Source of the DNA: an uncultured Gammaproteobacteria bacterium
Lineage (GTDB): Bacteria; Pseudomonadota; Gammaproteobacteria; UBA9214
Length of the DNA stretch: 17,405 nucleotides
Direction of reading: 5' to 3'
NCBI GenBank assembly: GCA_963827755.1
Contig: CAWHCQ010000052.1
Location: forward strand, 1-17,405
Of the stretch, positions 1-9,358 are shown piece after piece. The notes beneath the pieces are model-generated. The model ran no database searches. It was not told the DNA's origin and saw nothing but the letters and a program-made list of their open reading frames with translations. A program made the position numbers and the translations under genes. Each line of letters opens with the position of its first letter. The stretch's first letter is position 1.

Positions 1-467
1 ACGTTGACCCGCGCCACGACGTGCTCGGCGTCATCGGCGAGCATTACCACGGCGCGGTCTCATTTGTTATACATGCCTTTGGTGGTTTTGCACCTTATTT
101 GACAATCGCCGGAGTGGCGACGGCCTGGTACATGACGCTGAAGAACCCGGGTTTTGCGGATGACATGCAAAAGCGTTTCAGCGGCCTCTACCGAGTGCTG
201 GTCAACAAGTACTACGCCGATGACTTCAACGAGGCCGTGTTTGCCGGCGGGGCACGCGGCGTCGGCCAGCTGTGCTGGAAGATCGGCGACGTGCTGATCA
301 TCGACGGGTTGATTGTCAACGGCAGTGCGAAGGTCGTCGGCTGGGTGTCCAGCGTCGCGCGTCACCTGCAGACCGGCTACCTGTATCACTATGCCTTCAG
401 CATGATCGTCGGCCTGTTGCTGATGCTGTTCTGGTTCGTGTTCATGGCACCGGGAGCAGGCGCATGA
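1..467 (+). CDS. nuoL: NADH-quinone oxidoreductase subunit L, 3' part (5'-truncated by window)
   Basis: Frame open from position 3. Has the NuoL C-terminal motifs NKYYADDFNE, GDVLIIDGLIVNG and LQTGYLYHYAFSM. The stop overlaps the nuoM start (ATGA, 464-467). Confidence 0.95.
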   Translation, partial: VDPRHDVLGVIGEHYHGAVSFVIHAFGGFAPYLTIAGVATAWYMTLKNPGFADDMQKRFSGLYRVLVNKYYADDFNEAVFAGGARGVGQLCWKIGDVLIIDGLIVNGSAKVVGWVSSVARHLQTGYLYHYAFSMIVGLLLMLFWFVFMAPGAGA

Positions 468-2038
468 CCGACTTGCCACTGCTCAGTTTACTGATCTGGC
501 TGCCGATTGTCGGCGGCGTGGCGCTGCTGGTGATGGATACTCTCGGCAACACGGCATGCCGCCAGACGGCCTTCGTCGTCGCGATGGCCACCTTCCTGCT
601 GAGCCTGCTGCTGTACACGAACTTCGATATGGCGACGGCGGCCATGCAGTACCAGGAAAAGGTGCCGTGGATCGCGGCGTTCAGTGCCAATTACCATCTT
701 GGTGTCGATGGCATCTCGATGCCGCTGATCATCCTCACCAGCTTTACCACGGTGCTGGTGGTGCTGGCCGGCTGGCAGGTGATCAAGGACCGTACGGCAC
801 AGTACATGGCGTCCTTCCTGATCATGGAAGGGCTGATGATCGGCGTGTTTTCCGCGCTCGATGCCGTGCTGTTCTATGTCTTCTGGGAGGCGATGCTGGT
901 GCCGATGTTCCTCATCATCGGCATCTGGGGCGGTCCGAACCGGGTCTATGCCACCATCAAGTTTTTCCTCTATACCTTCCTCGGCTCGGTGTTCATGCTG
1001 GTCGCGCTGATCTACATGTACCTGAAGGCCGGCAGTTTCAGCATTCTTGATTTCCACGTGCTGCCGCTGAACATGACCGAACAGGTGCTGATCTTTATCG
1101 CCTTCCTGATGGCCTTTGCGGTGAAGGTGCCGATGTGGCCGGTACACACCTGGCTGCCGGATGCGCACGTCGAGGCGCCGACCGGCGGTTCCGTGGTGCT
1201 TGCCGCCATCATGCTGAAGATCGGCGGTTACGGCTTCCTGCGTTTCAGCCTGCCGATCACGCCGGACGCCAGCCATGAACTCGACTGGCTGATTATCCTC
1301 ATGTCGCTGGTGGCGGTGGTCTACATCGGCTTCGTGGCGATGGTGCAGGAAGACATGAAGAAGCTGATTGCCTATTCATCGATTGCGCACATGGGCTTCG
1401 TCACGCTGGGCATCTTCCTGGTGTTTACCCTGCTGGACAACAACGGCTCATTGCAGGGCGCCAGCATGGGCATGGAGGGCGGCATGGTGCAGATGATCTC
1501 GCACGGCTTTATTTCCGGTGCGCTGTTCCTCTGCGTCGGCGTGCTCTATGACCGCATGCACTCGCGCCAGATCAGCGATTACGGCGGTGTCGTCAATACC
1601 ATGCCGGTGTTCGCCGCGTTCATGGTGTTCTTTGCGATGGCCAATGCCGGCCTGCCGGGCACCTCTGCCTTCGTCGGCGAGTTCATGGTGATCCTCGCCA
1701 GCTTCAAGGCGAACTTCTGGTTTGCCTTCCTCGCGGCCACCACCCTGATTCTCGGCGCGGCCTACAGCCTGTGGATGGTGAAGCGCGTGGTGTTCGGCGA
1801 GGTCGCCAACGACAACGTGAAACAACTGGAAGACGTCAACCTGCGCGAGTTTGTCATCCTCGCAAGCCTGGTGGCCGTGGTGCTGTTCTTCGGCCTGTTG
1901 CCGGGGCCGCTGGTCGAGGTGATGCATGCCAGTGTCGATCAACTGCTGGCCCATGTGTCTGTCTCCAAGCTGCCGATCGGAGACCGGCCTGGCACTGATG
2001 CAAGGCATGCAGCCCTGAGACTAACGGAACGATTATGA
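464..2038 (+). CDS. nuoM: NADH-quinone oxidoreductase subunit M
   Basis: Starts [14 protein letters not shown] at ATG 464 after GGAG. Motifs [57 protein letters not shown]. The true stop may be 2016-2018 if one base near 1980 is an error. Confidence 0.96.
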   Translation: MTDLPLLSLLIWLPIVGGVALLVMDTLGNTACRQTAFVVAMATFLLSLLLYTNFDMATAAMQYQEKVPWIAAFSANYHLGVDGISMPLIILTSFTTVLVVLAGWQVIKDRTAQYMASFLIMEGLMIGVFSALDAVLFYVFWEAMLVPMFLIIGIWGGPNRVYATIKFFLYTFLGSVFMLVALIYMYLKAGSFSILDFHVLPLNMTEQVLIFIAFLMAFAVKVPMWPVHTWLPDAHVEAPTGGSVVLAAIMLKIGGYGFLRFSLPITPDASHELDWLIILMSLVAVVYIGFVAMVQEDMKKLIAYSSIAHMGFVTLGIFLVFTLLDNNGSLQGASMGMEGGMVQMISHGFISGALFLCVGVLYDRMHSRQISDYGGVVNTMPVFAAFMVFFAMANAGLPGTSAFVGEFMVILASFKANFWFAFLAATTLILGAAYSLWMVKRVVFGEVANDNVKQLEDVNLREFVILASLVAVVLFFGLLPGPLVEVMHASVDQLLAHVSVSKLPIGDRPGTDARHAALRLTERL

Positions 2039-3471
2039 CCATTCCCCTGACTGACTTCGCACCTTTGGCCACGGAGCTGTTCGTGCTCACAATGGCCTGC
2101 ATCATCCTGGTCGTGGAGGCCTTCTTCGGCGAGCAGCGCCGTCAGCTGAGTTATGTGCTGGCGCAGCTGACCCTGCTGGTCGCGGCCCTGATCAGCTGGA
2201 ACATGCTCGATGCGGGCAGCGTGGTGGTGCTGGGCGGCAGCTTCGTGCATGACCCGATGGCGGCACTGTTAAAGACCAGTGTTTTCCTGGTGACGGTCGG
2301 TGCCTTCGTCTATGCGCGCGGCTACCAGACCGGCAAGGGCAGCCTGCGCGGTGAGTTCTACGTGCTCGGCCTGTTTGCCGTGCTCGGCATGATGGTGATG
2401 ATCTCGGCGCACAGCCTGCTGACCATCTACCTCGGGCTGGAGCTGCTGTCGCTGTCGCTCTATGCGATGGTCGCCTTCGACCGCAATTCGTCGCCGGCCA
2501 GCGAGGCGGCGATGAAGTACTTCGTGCTCGGCGCGCTGGCCTCCGGCATGCTGCTCTACGGCATGTCCATGCTCTACGGCGCCACCGGCAGCCTCGACCT
2601 TGCCGAGATCGCGGCCGCCATTTCCGTCATGCAGGACAGCGGCCTGATCCTGATCTTCGCGCTGTGTTTCATCGTCGTCGGGCTGGCCTTCAAGTTCGGC
2701 GCGGTGCCGTTTCACATGTGGGTGCCGGATGTCTACCACGGCGCGCCGACCGCCGTGACCCTGTTTATCGGCAGCGCCCCGAAGATCGCGGCCTTCGCCA
2801 TGGCGATGCGCCTGCTGGCGGAATCGCTGGGCGGCCTGATGCCCGACTGGCAGGGGATGCTGGTGATCCTCGCGGTGCTCTCGCTGGCGCTCGGCAATGT
2901 CATCGCCATTGCACAGACCAACCTGAAACGCATGCTCGCCTATTCGACCATCTCCCATGTCGGCTTCCTGCTGCTGGGCATTCTTGCGGGCACGCAGGAA
3001 GGTTATTCGGCGTCCATGTTCTATGCCATTACCTATGCGCTGATGGCCATCGGCGCCTTCGGCATGATTATCCTGCTCAGCCGCCAGGGCTATGAGGCCG
3101 ATAAGCTGGATGACTTCAAGGGGCTGAATGAACGCAGCCCCTGGTTTGCCTTCATGATGCTGATGCTGATGTTCTCCATGGCCGGTGTGCCGCCAACCGT
3201 CGGTTTCTACGCCAAGCTGTCGGTGCTGCAGGCCGTGATCCACGTCGACATGCTGTGGCTGGCCCTGGTCGCGGTGGTCTTCTCGGTGATCGGCGCGTTC
3301 TACTACATTCGCATGGTCAAGCTGATGTACTTCGACAAACCCGAATCCGAACAGCCGCTGGTCATCAATACCGATTTGCAGGTTGCCATGAGTATCAACG
3401 GGCTGGCCGTGCTGTTGCTGGGGTTGTTTCCGGGTGGCCTGCTGACGCTCTGCCTGAACGTGTTGTCCTGA
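2035..3471 (+). CDS. nuoN: NADH-quinone oxidoreductase subunit N
   Basis: Motifs [60 protein letters not shown]. Follows nuoM. Confidence 0.97.
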   Translation: MTIPLTDFAPLATELFVLTMACIILVVEAFFGEQRRQLSYVLAQLTLLVAALISWNMLDAGSVVVLGGSFVHDPMAALLKTSVFLVTVGAFVYARGYQTGKGSLRGEFYVLGLFAVLGMMVMISAHSLLTIYLGLELLSLSLYAMVAFDRNSSPASEAAMKYFVLGALASGMLLYGMSMLYGATGSLDLAEIAAAISVMQDSGLILIFALCFIVVGLAFKFGAVPFHMWVPDVYHGAPTAVTLFIGSAPKIAAFAMAMRLLAESLGGLMPDWQGMLVILAVLSLALGNVIAIAQTNLKRMLAYSTISHVGFLLLGILAGTQEGYSASMFYAITYALMAIGAFGMIILLSRQGYEADKLDDFKGLNERSPWFAFMMLMLMFSMAGVPPTVGFYAKLSVLQAVIHVDMLWLALVAVVFSVIGAFYYIRMVKLMYFDKPESEQPLVINTDLQVAMSINGLAVLLLGLFPGGLLTLCLNVLS

Positions 3472-3478
3472 TAAAGGT

Positions 3479-3515
3479 TTCCGGGTTTGCCGGAAGCGCG
3501 GAGTTCATCCGCGCT
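3479..3515. repeat. Two adjacent short hairpins just after nuoN (the second REP-like)
   Basis: TTCCGG(3479-84)/CCGGAA(3490-95), and AGCGCGGA-GTTCA-TCCGCGCT (3495-3515, perfect 8-bp stem). Confidence 0.5.
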
Positions 3516-3525
3516 GAATCACGTC

Positions 3526-3825
3526 TTGTTGGAGCGCCTTGCAGGCGCGGTTTTATTGTGATGCGGGCTCTCGCGCCCGCGCGGCGAGATACTTTTCTTT
3601 GCTTCGCCAAAGAAAAGTATCCAAAAGAAAGGCGACCCGGAGGCTGCAGCCCGCTACTCATTTTCATGAGTATTCGGGTTCCCTGCGCTTCTCGCGAAAA
3701 CCGGCGCATGCGCAACTCGCAATCTCGCTGCGCTCGAAAGCTCAAACAGGGCGCATGCTTCATCCGGTTTTCACTGCGATGCTCGGCTGCGCCTACGGGA
3801 GGGGTAGATCAAACCCCCATACTCA
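3526..3825 (-). repeat. ~300-bp structured repeat element, copy 1 (left arm of large palindrome)
   Basis: Aligns end to end with the reverse complement of 3827-4136. Outer ~80 nt and inner ~33 nt are nearly identical; the internal stems have diverged with compensation. Strand inferred from GNA loops and G-T wobble. Confidence 0.9.
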
Positions 3826-3826
3826 C

Positions 3827-4136
3827 TGAGTATGGGGGTTGATCTACCCCTCCCGTAGCACTCACCGAGTACCGCAGCCAATCCGGGGAATAGCCGCGCA
3901 CCCTGTCTGAGCTTTCGAGCGCAGCGAGATTGCGAGTTGTGCGCGGCCCCGGATTGGCGAGGAACGCAGGGGACCGCGCGGCGAAGCCGCCTTGCTGTAC
4001 TTGCCTAAGCGGTGAGTGCTCCGGGGTGCCCTTCTCTTTGGGTACTTTCTCTTGTGGCGAAGCAAAGAAAGTATCTCGCCGCGCGGGCGCGAGAGCCCGC
4101 ATACAATAAAACCGCGCCTGCAAGGCGCTCCAACAA
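3827..4136 (+). repeat. ~310-bp structured repeat element, copy 2 (right arm)
   Basis: Inverted copy of 3526-3825. Nested stems 3857-67/4010-20, 3877-88/3947-58 and 3894-3901/3939-46. Confidence 0.9.
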
Positions 4137-4143
4137 AGAAATC

Positions 4144-4225
4144 GGCGGAGCAAAGAAAAGTACCTCGCCGGCGGGCGCGAAAGCCCGCATCAAATAAAAC
4201 CAGCGCCTGCAAGGCGCAACAAAAG
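4144..4225 (+). repeat. Partial third copy (3' ~80 nt) of the element, in tandem with copy 2
   Basis: GGCGGAGCAAAGAAAAGTACCTCGCCGGCGGGCGCGAAAGCCCGCATCAAATAAAACCAGCGCCTGCAAGGCGC resembles 4056-4138. Confidence 0.85.
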
Positions 4226-4363
4226 TCACACATGCGCCTGCACACGCAAGGGCGATTAGCCCGGGACTTCCGCCCCTGCGGACCCGTAACCGTGCCACGC
4301 GGCTGGCCATCTGCCTCAAAACGAGAGCGTTTCCGTAAAAATCAGCCTTTTGGGGCTGAGGGC

Positions 4364-4400
4364 TTGAAAATAAGCAGTGCAATCGGCTACACTCCTCGGC
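4364..4400 (+). promoter_or_regulatory. Sigma70-type promoter for tRNA-fMet/rimP operon with GC-rich discriminator
   Basis: TTGAAA (4364-69), 18-bp spacer, TACACT (4388-93), then CCTCGGCC, just upstream of the tRNA. Confidence 0.65.
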
Positions 4401-4406
4401 CGTTGA

Positions 4407-4483
<77 letters not shown>

Positions 4484-4600
4484 ATCAAGACATTATCCCG
4501 CATGTTTGCAGGGGTTTTGTAGCCCGGACAGGAGTCCATAGTGGCGCCGCAGGCAGGGTAGTCGGTTGATACACTGCGCGAGAAAAATATAGGAGTTATG

Positions 4601-4628
4601 GAGTGGGCCTTTGGCCCATTTTTTGTTT
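4601..4628 (+). terminator. rimP leader hairpin / intrinsic terminator-like attenuator
   Basis: TGGGCC-TTT-GGCCCA (4604-18) followed by TTTTTTGTTT directly before rimP, matching the GGGC...GCCC-U-tract leader known upstream of rimP. Confidence 0.75.
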
Positions 4629-4640
4629 CCGGAGTAAGGC

Positions 4641-5099
4641 GTGAGGCAGGATCCCTTGAAGATTGGTGAGCTGCTGGAGCCGGGAATTCGCTCGCTGGGT
4701 TACGAGCTTGTCGGCGTGGAATACCGGAGGGGCGGCCCGGGTGGCGATCTGTTGCGTGTCTACATCGACAAGGAAGACGGGATCTCGGCGGATGACTGCC
4801 AGAAGGTAAGTTACCAGGTCAGCGGTGTGCTCGATGTCGAGGATCCGATCACGGGGCACTACACCCTGGAGATCTCGTCACCCGGGCTGGACCGCCTGTT
4901 GTTCAAGCGGGAAGACTTTGAACGATTTGCCGGGCAGCAGGTGAAACTGCGCGCTATCTACCCGATTGAAGGGCGGCGCAAGTTCAAGGGACGCTTGCTC
5001 GGGCTGCGGGATGCGAATGTCGTCATCGAGCAGGATGGCGAGGAACTCAGCCTGCCGATTGACCAGGTTGAACAGGCGCGCCTGGTGCCGGAATACTGA
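4641..5099 (+). CDS. rimP: Ribosome maturation factor RimP
   Basis: GTG start after GGAG. Motifs [35 protein letters not shown]. Precedes nusA. Confidence 0.96.
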   Translation: MRQDPLKIGELLEPGIRSLGYELVGVEYRRGGPGGDLLRVYIDKEDGISADDCQKVSYQVSGVLDVEDPITGHYTLEISSPGLDRLLFKREDFERFAGQQVKLRAIYPIEGRRKFKGRLLGLRDANVVIEQDGEELSLPIDQVEQARLVPEY

Positions 5100-5124
5100 A
5101 TGCGGTATTTGGAGGTTTGCGAGA

Positions 5125-6687
5125 ATGGACAGTAAAGAGATATTGATGGTCGTCGATGCGGTGTCGAATGAAAAAGGCATCGACAAGGAGATCATCTTTG
5201 AAGCCATTGAGGTTGCATTGGCGACGGCCACCCGGAAAAGCCACGGGGGAGAGATCGATGCGCGCGTCGCAATCAATCGTGACACCGGCGAATACGAGAC
5301 CTTTCGCCGCTGGCAGGTGATTGACGACAGTCTCGAGCCGGAACCTGTGGCGGACGCGGACGCAGACGCGGAATCGGACGAGGAAGGACCACTGGTTTTC
5401 GAGCACCCCGAACGCCAGATTACGCTGGCCGCCGCGCAGCTTGACGATCCCGATATACAGCATGGCGATTTCATCGAGGAACCCATAGAGTCGGTTGCCT
5501 TTGGCCGCATCGGCGCACAGACCGCGAAGCAGGTGATCGTCCAGAAAGTGCGCGAGGCCGAACGTGCCATGGTCGTCGAGGCCTACAAGGACCGCGTCGG
5601 GGAGCTGGTTACCGGTATCGTCAAGCGTGTCGAGCGTGGCAACGTTTATCTCGATCTCGGCATGAACGCCGAGGCGATCATCCTGCGTGAGGAAATGATT
5701 CCGCGCGAGGCCGTGCGTCCGGGAGACCGCCTGCGCGGTTATTTGCGCGATGTCAGTGCCGAGCAGCGTGGACCACAACTGTTTGTCAGTCGCGTCGCGC
5801 CCGATTTTTTGCTTGAGTTGTTCAAGCTCGAGGTGCCTGAAGTCGGGCAGGACCTGATCGACATCCTGGCGGCCGCACGTGATCCGGGCCTGCGTGCCAA
5901 GATTGCGGTAAAGAGCAACGACCCGCGCATCGACCCGGTCGGCGCCTGTGTCGGTATGCGTGGTTCACGTGTACAGACGGTGTCCACGGAATTGTCGGGT
6001 GAGCGTGTCGATATCATCCTCTGGGATGAAAACCCTGCCCAGTTTGTTATCAATGCGATGTCGCCTGCAGAGGTTTCCTCGATCGTCGTCGATGAAGATT
6101 CGCATACCATGGATATTGCCGTGGTCGAGGAACAGTTGTCGCAGGCCATCGGCCGTGCCGGGCAGAACGTGCGCCTTGCCAGCCAGTTGACCGGCTGGAC
6201 GCTGAATGTAATGGATGAGGTGCAGGCCGAGGAAAAGGGTGAGGCAGAGGCGGCAGAGTTGCAGAAGCTGTTTACCGAGCAACTCGACGTGGATACCGAG
6301 ATTGCGGCCATCCTGGTACAGGAGGGTTATTCCAGTATCGAAGAAATTATCTACGTACCGAATAGCGAACTGCTTGCTATCGAGGAGTTTGACGAAGAAA
6401 TGGTCGAGGAGTTGCGTGGCCGGGCGCGCGATGTGCTGTTGACGCAGGCGATCATGAAAGAAGAGAAAATCGGCGATAATGAACCGGCTGCTGATCTGCT
6501 GGAAATGGAAGGTATGGACGAAGGTCTCGCCTACGAGCTTGCCGGCCGCGGCATTATTACCATGGAAGACCTCGCGGAACAGGCGGTTGATGAGCTGATA
6601 GATATCGAGGGGATGGACGAGGCACGGGCCGGGTCCCTGATTATGACAGCCAGGGCGCCCTGGTTTGCGGAAGAAGCGGTTGAGTAA
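5125..6687 (+). CDS. nusA: Transcription termination/antitermination factor NusA
   Basis: ATG 5125 after GGAGG. Motifs [68 protein letters not shown], acidic C-terminal repeats, ARAPWF. Confidence 0.98.
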   Translation: MDSKEILMVVDAVSNEKGIDKEIIFEAIEVALATATRKSHGGEIDARVAINRDTGEYETFRRWQVIDDSLEPEPVADADADAESDEEGPLVFEHPERQITLAAAQLDDPDIQHGDFIEEPIESVAFGRIGAQTAKQVIVQKVREAERAMVVEAYKDRVGELVTGIVKRVERGNVYLDLGMNAEAIILREEMIPREAVRPGDRLRGYLRDVSAEQRGPQLFVSRVAPDFLLELFKLEVPEVGQDLIDILAAARDPGLRAKIAVKSNDPRIDPVGACVGMRGSRVQTVSTELSGERVDIILWDENPAQFVINAMSPAEVSSIVVDEDSHTMDIAVVEEQLSQAIGRAGQNVRLASQLTGWTLNVMDEVQAEEKGEAEAAELQKLFTEQLDVDTEIAAILVQEGYSSIEEIIYVPNSELLAIEEFDEEMVEELRGRARDVLLTQAIMKEEKIGDNEPAADLLEMEGMDEGLAYELAGRGIITMEDLAEQAVDELIDIEGMDEARAGSLIMTARAPWFAEEAVE

Positions 6688-6700
6688 TGGAGTGGATGTA

Positions 6701-9262
6701 ATGTCAAACGTCACGGTAAAACAATTTGCTGAAGTCGTCGGGGTTCCCCCGAACCGTTTGCTTGTGCAACTGGGTGAAGCCGGTCTTGAAATAAGTGATG
6801 AGAACGCCACTATTTCGGACAAGGAGAAGACCCAGCTGCTGGACTTTCTTCGTCAAAGCCATGGCAAGCGCGGAGCACTGTCAACCGGTGGCGCCAGCAA
6901 GGTTACCCTGAAGCGAAAAACCCAGAGCGAATTGCGTGCCACGGTGCCAGCCGGTCGCGGACCTGCCGGTCGCGGTGCCGTTCGTGCCAGGCCTGAAACC
7001 AAGACCGTCAGGGTCGAGGTTCGCAAGAAACGCACCTATGTAAAGCGTGCGGATTTGATGGCCGAAGAGCAGGAGCGCGTCAACAAGGAGCTGGAAGAAC
7101 AGCAGGCCAAGCGCGCTGCCGAAGAAGCCGAAGAGGCAGCGGCACGCAAGTTGCGGGAAGATGCCAAAAAGCAGGAGCAGGAAGAAAAGGCCGCAGAGGA
7201 GTCAAAGCTGCAGGCGGAGCGCGAAAGCAGGCAGCAGGCAGCCGAGGAGGCGCGCCTGCAGTCAATCGCGGCGTCAGAGGCCAAGCAGCAGGCGGAAACG
7301 GAAGATGCCCGCCAGAAGAAACCTGCCGATGCTGATCGCAAGTCGCGCAAGGCCGGTGCCGGAAAGAGCACCAAGTATGGCCGCCAGGAATTGCACGTTG
7401 CAGCAGGCAAGGGCGGGCGCCGCAGGAAAAAATCGAAGGCAACACGACGCGTCAGCATCGAGAGTACCGGTGAACACGGTTTTGCGTTGCCGACTGAATC
7501 AGTCGTGCACGAGGTCGAGATACCGGAAAATATCCAGGTCTCCGAGCTGGCCCGGAAGATGTCCATCAAGGCTGCTGAAATTATCAAGGTACTGATGCAG
7601 CTGGGTGTGATGGCCACGATCAACCAGGTACTGGACCAGGATACGGCAACACTGGTTGTCGAGGAAATGGGACATGTCGCCAAACCGGTTGATGAGAATG
7701 CGCTCGAGGCGGAACTGATACAACAGGCTGCCGAGGTCGAGGGTGACAGGTTGCCGCGACCTCCGGTAGTCACGATCATGGGCCATGTCGATCACGGCAA
7801 GACCTCGCTGCTGGATTATATCCGCCGTACCACGGTGGCCGATGGTGAAGCTGGCGGTATTACCCAGCATATCGGCGCCTACCACGTAGAAACATCAAAG
7901 GGGATGATCAGTTTTCTCGATACACCCGGACATGCCGCCTTTACGGCCATGCGCTCGCGCGGTGCCGGCGTGACCGACATTGTCATCCTGGTGGTTGCCG
8001 CCGATGACGGCGTCAAGCCACAGACCAAGGAAGCTGTTCAGCATGCCCGGGCGGCCGATGTTCCGCTGCTGATTGCCGTCAACAAGATGGACAAGGCGGG
8101 TGCCGATATCGAAAAGGTCAAGACCGAACTGGCGGCGCTCGAGGTGATCCCGGAAGACTGGGGGGGTGACACGATGTTCGTGCCGGTCTCGGCGAAAACC
8201 GGTGACGGCGTCGATGCATTACTCGATGCCGTGTTGCTGCAGGCGGAAGTCCTGGAACTGACCGCGGTATACGATTGTCCTGCGACCGGTATCGTGGTGG
8301 AGTCCAGCCTCGACAAGGGGCGTGGTGCCGTGGCCACGGTGCTGGTACAAAACGGTATACTCAAAAAAGGTGACCTGCTGCTGACCGGTGAAGAGTATGG
8401 CCGGGTGCGCGCCATGTTTGATGAGAGCGGCAAGCAAATCAGCGAGGCCGGTCCATCCATGCCTGCACTGGTACTGGGCTTGTCTTCTGTACCGAATGCC
8501 GGCGATGACGTGATCGTCGTTGCCAATGAGCGCAAGGCCCGTGAACTGGCGGAGCAGCGCAAGGAGAAGGCACGCGCCAGGCGGCTTGAATCCCAGCAAC
8601 AGGCACGCCTCGAGGATGTTTTCTCGGCAGCCGCGGAAGGCAGGGTGCCAACAGTCAATATCGTGCTGAAGGCGGATGTACAGGGCAGTGCGGAAGCATT
8701 GAGTAACGCCCTGGTCAACCTGACGGCTGAACAGCCCGACGTCAAGGTCAAGGTGATTTCCAGTGGTGTCGGCGGCATCAACGAGTCCGACGCAAGCCTG
8801 GCAATCGCTTCGAATGCAATCATTATCGGCTTTAATGTGCGTGCCGATTCCTCCTCGAAGCAGATGATCGATGAGAACAATGTTGACCTCAGGTATTACA
8901 GCGTCATTTATAATGCCATCGATGACGTCAAGGCCGCCGCCAGCGGCATGATGGCGCCGGAAACCCGGGAAGACATCATCGGCCTGGCCGAGGTCAAGGA
9001 AGTCTTTCTGTCACGCAAGCTGGGTGATATCGCCGGCTGTATTGTCGTCGACGGGGTGGTGCGCCGTAATTCGCCGATCCGCGTGCTGCGTGACAATGTC
9101 GTGGTCTACGAAGGCGAACTCGAATCCCTGCGGCGCTTCAAGGATGACGTCAACGAGGTCAAGTCCGGCACCGAGTGTGGTATCGGGGTGAAGAATTACA
9201 GCGTCAGTGCCGGTGACCAGATCGAGGTATTTGAACGCGTCCAGGTGGAACGCTCCCTGTAG
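6701..9262 (+). CDS. infB: Translation initiation factor IF-2
   Basis: ATG 6701 after GGAG. GTPase motifs [38 protein letters not shown], plus KADVQGS and the C-terminal ECGIG. Confidence 0.98.
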   Translation: MSNVTVKQFAEVVGVPPNRLLVQLGEAGLEISDENATISDKEKTQLLDFLRQSHGKRGALSTGGASKVTLKRKTQSELRATVPAGRGPAGRGAVRARPETKTVRVEVRKKRTYVKRADLMAEEQERVNKELEEQQAKRAAEEAEEAAARKLREDAKKQEQEEKAAEESKLQAERESRQQAAEEARLQSIAASEAKQQAETEDARQKKPADADRKSRKAGAGKSTKYGRQELHVAAGKGGRRRKKSKATRRVSIESTGEHGFALPTESVVHEVEIPENIQVSELARKMSIKAAEIIKVLMQLGVMATINQVLDQDTATLVVEEMGHVAKPVDENALEAELIQQAAEVEGDRLPRPPVVTIMGHVDHGKTSLLDYIRRTTVADGEAGGITQHIGAYHVETSKGMISFLDTPGHAAFTAMRSRGAGVTDIVILVVAADDGVKPQTKEAVQHARAADVPLLIAVNKMDKAGADIEKVKTELAALEVIPEDWGGDTMFVPVSAKTGDGVDALLDAVLLQAEVLELTAVYDCPATGIVVESSLDKGRGAVATVLVQNGILKKGDLLLTGEEYGRVRAMFDESGKQISEAGPSMPALVLGLSSVPNAGDDVIVVANERKARELAEQRKEKARARRLESQQQARLEDVFSAAAEGRVPTVNIVLKADVQGSAEALSNALVNLTAEQPDVKVKVISSGVGGINESDASLAIASNAIIIGFNVRADSSSKQMIDENNVDLRYYSVIYNAIDDVKAAASGMMAPETREDIIGLAEVKEVFLSRKLGDIAGCIVVDGVVRRNSPIRVLRDNVVVYEGELESLRRFKDDVNEVKSGTECGIGVKNYSVSAGDQIEVFERVQVERSL

Positions 9263-9282
9263 CACTACAGGGGACTGTCCCC
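9255..9282. repeat. Two overlapping short palindromes at the infB stop
   Basis: CCCTGTAG-CA-CTACAGGG (9255-72) and GGGGAC-T-GTCCCC (9270-82). Confidence 0.55.
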
Positions 9283-9358
9283 CTTATCGCGCTTCCGGTA
9301 TCCATTCCCGTATGCAATTGTTTTGCGCCAAGCAGGTCTGCTTCCGGATTGCGCCCTG

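Noticed and set aside
3526-4136. Large palindrome as a fold-back or assembly artefact
   Set aside because: The arms differ by compensatory substitutions and a distinct internal cassette, which a chimeric read could not create.
3526-4254. CRISPR array or autonomous IS
   Set aside because: No regularly spaced direct repeats with unique spacers, no transposase ORF, and no evident target-site duplication.
4497-4520. Terminator immediately after the tRNA
   Set aside because: The stem (CCCGCA/TGCAGGG) is short and bulged with a weak T-tract; not enough support.
4591-4669. Leader peptide from ATG 4598 after AGGAG, overlapping the rimP start
   Set aside because: The SD-to-ATG spacing is only 2 nt, and the region is explained by the rimP leader hairpin.
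6947-6976. 15-bp tandem duplication in infB (PAGRG x2)
   Set aside because: It falls in the variable low-complexity IF2 N-terminal linker, where such repeats are ordinary.
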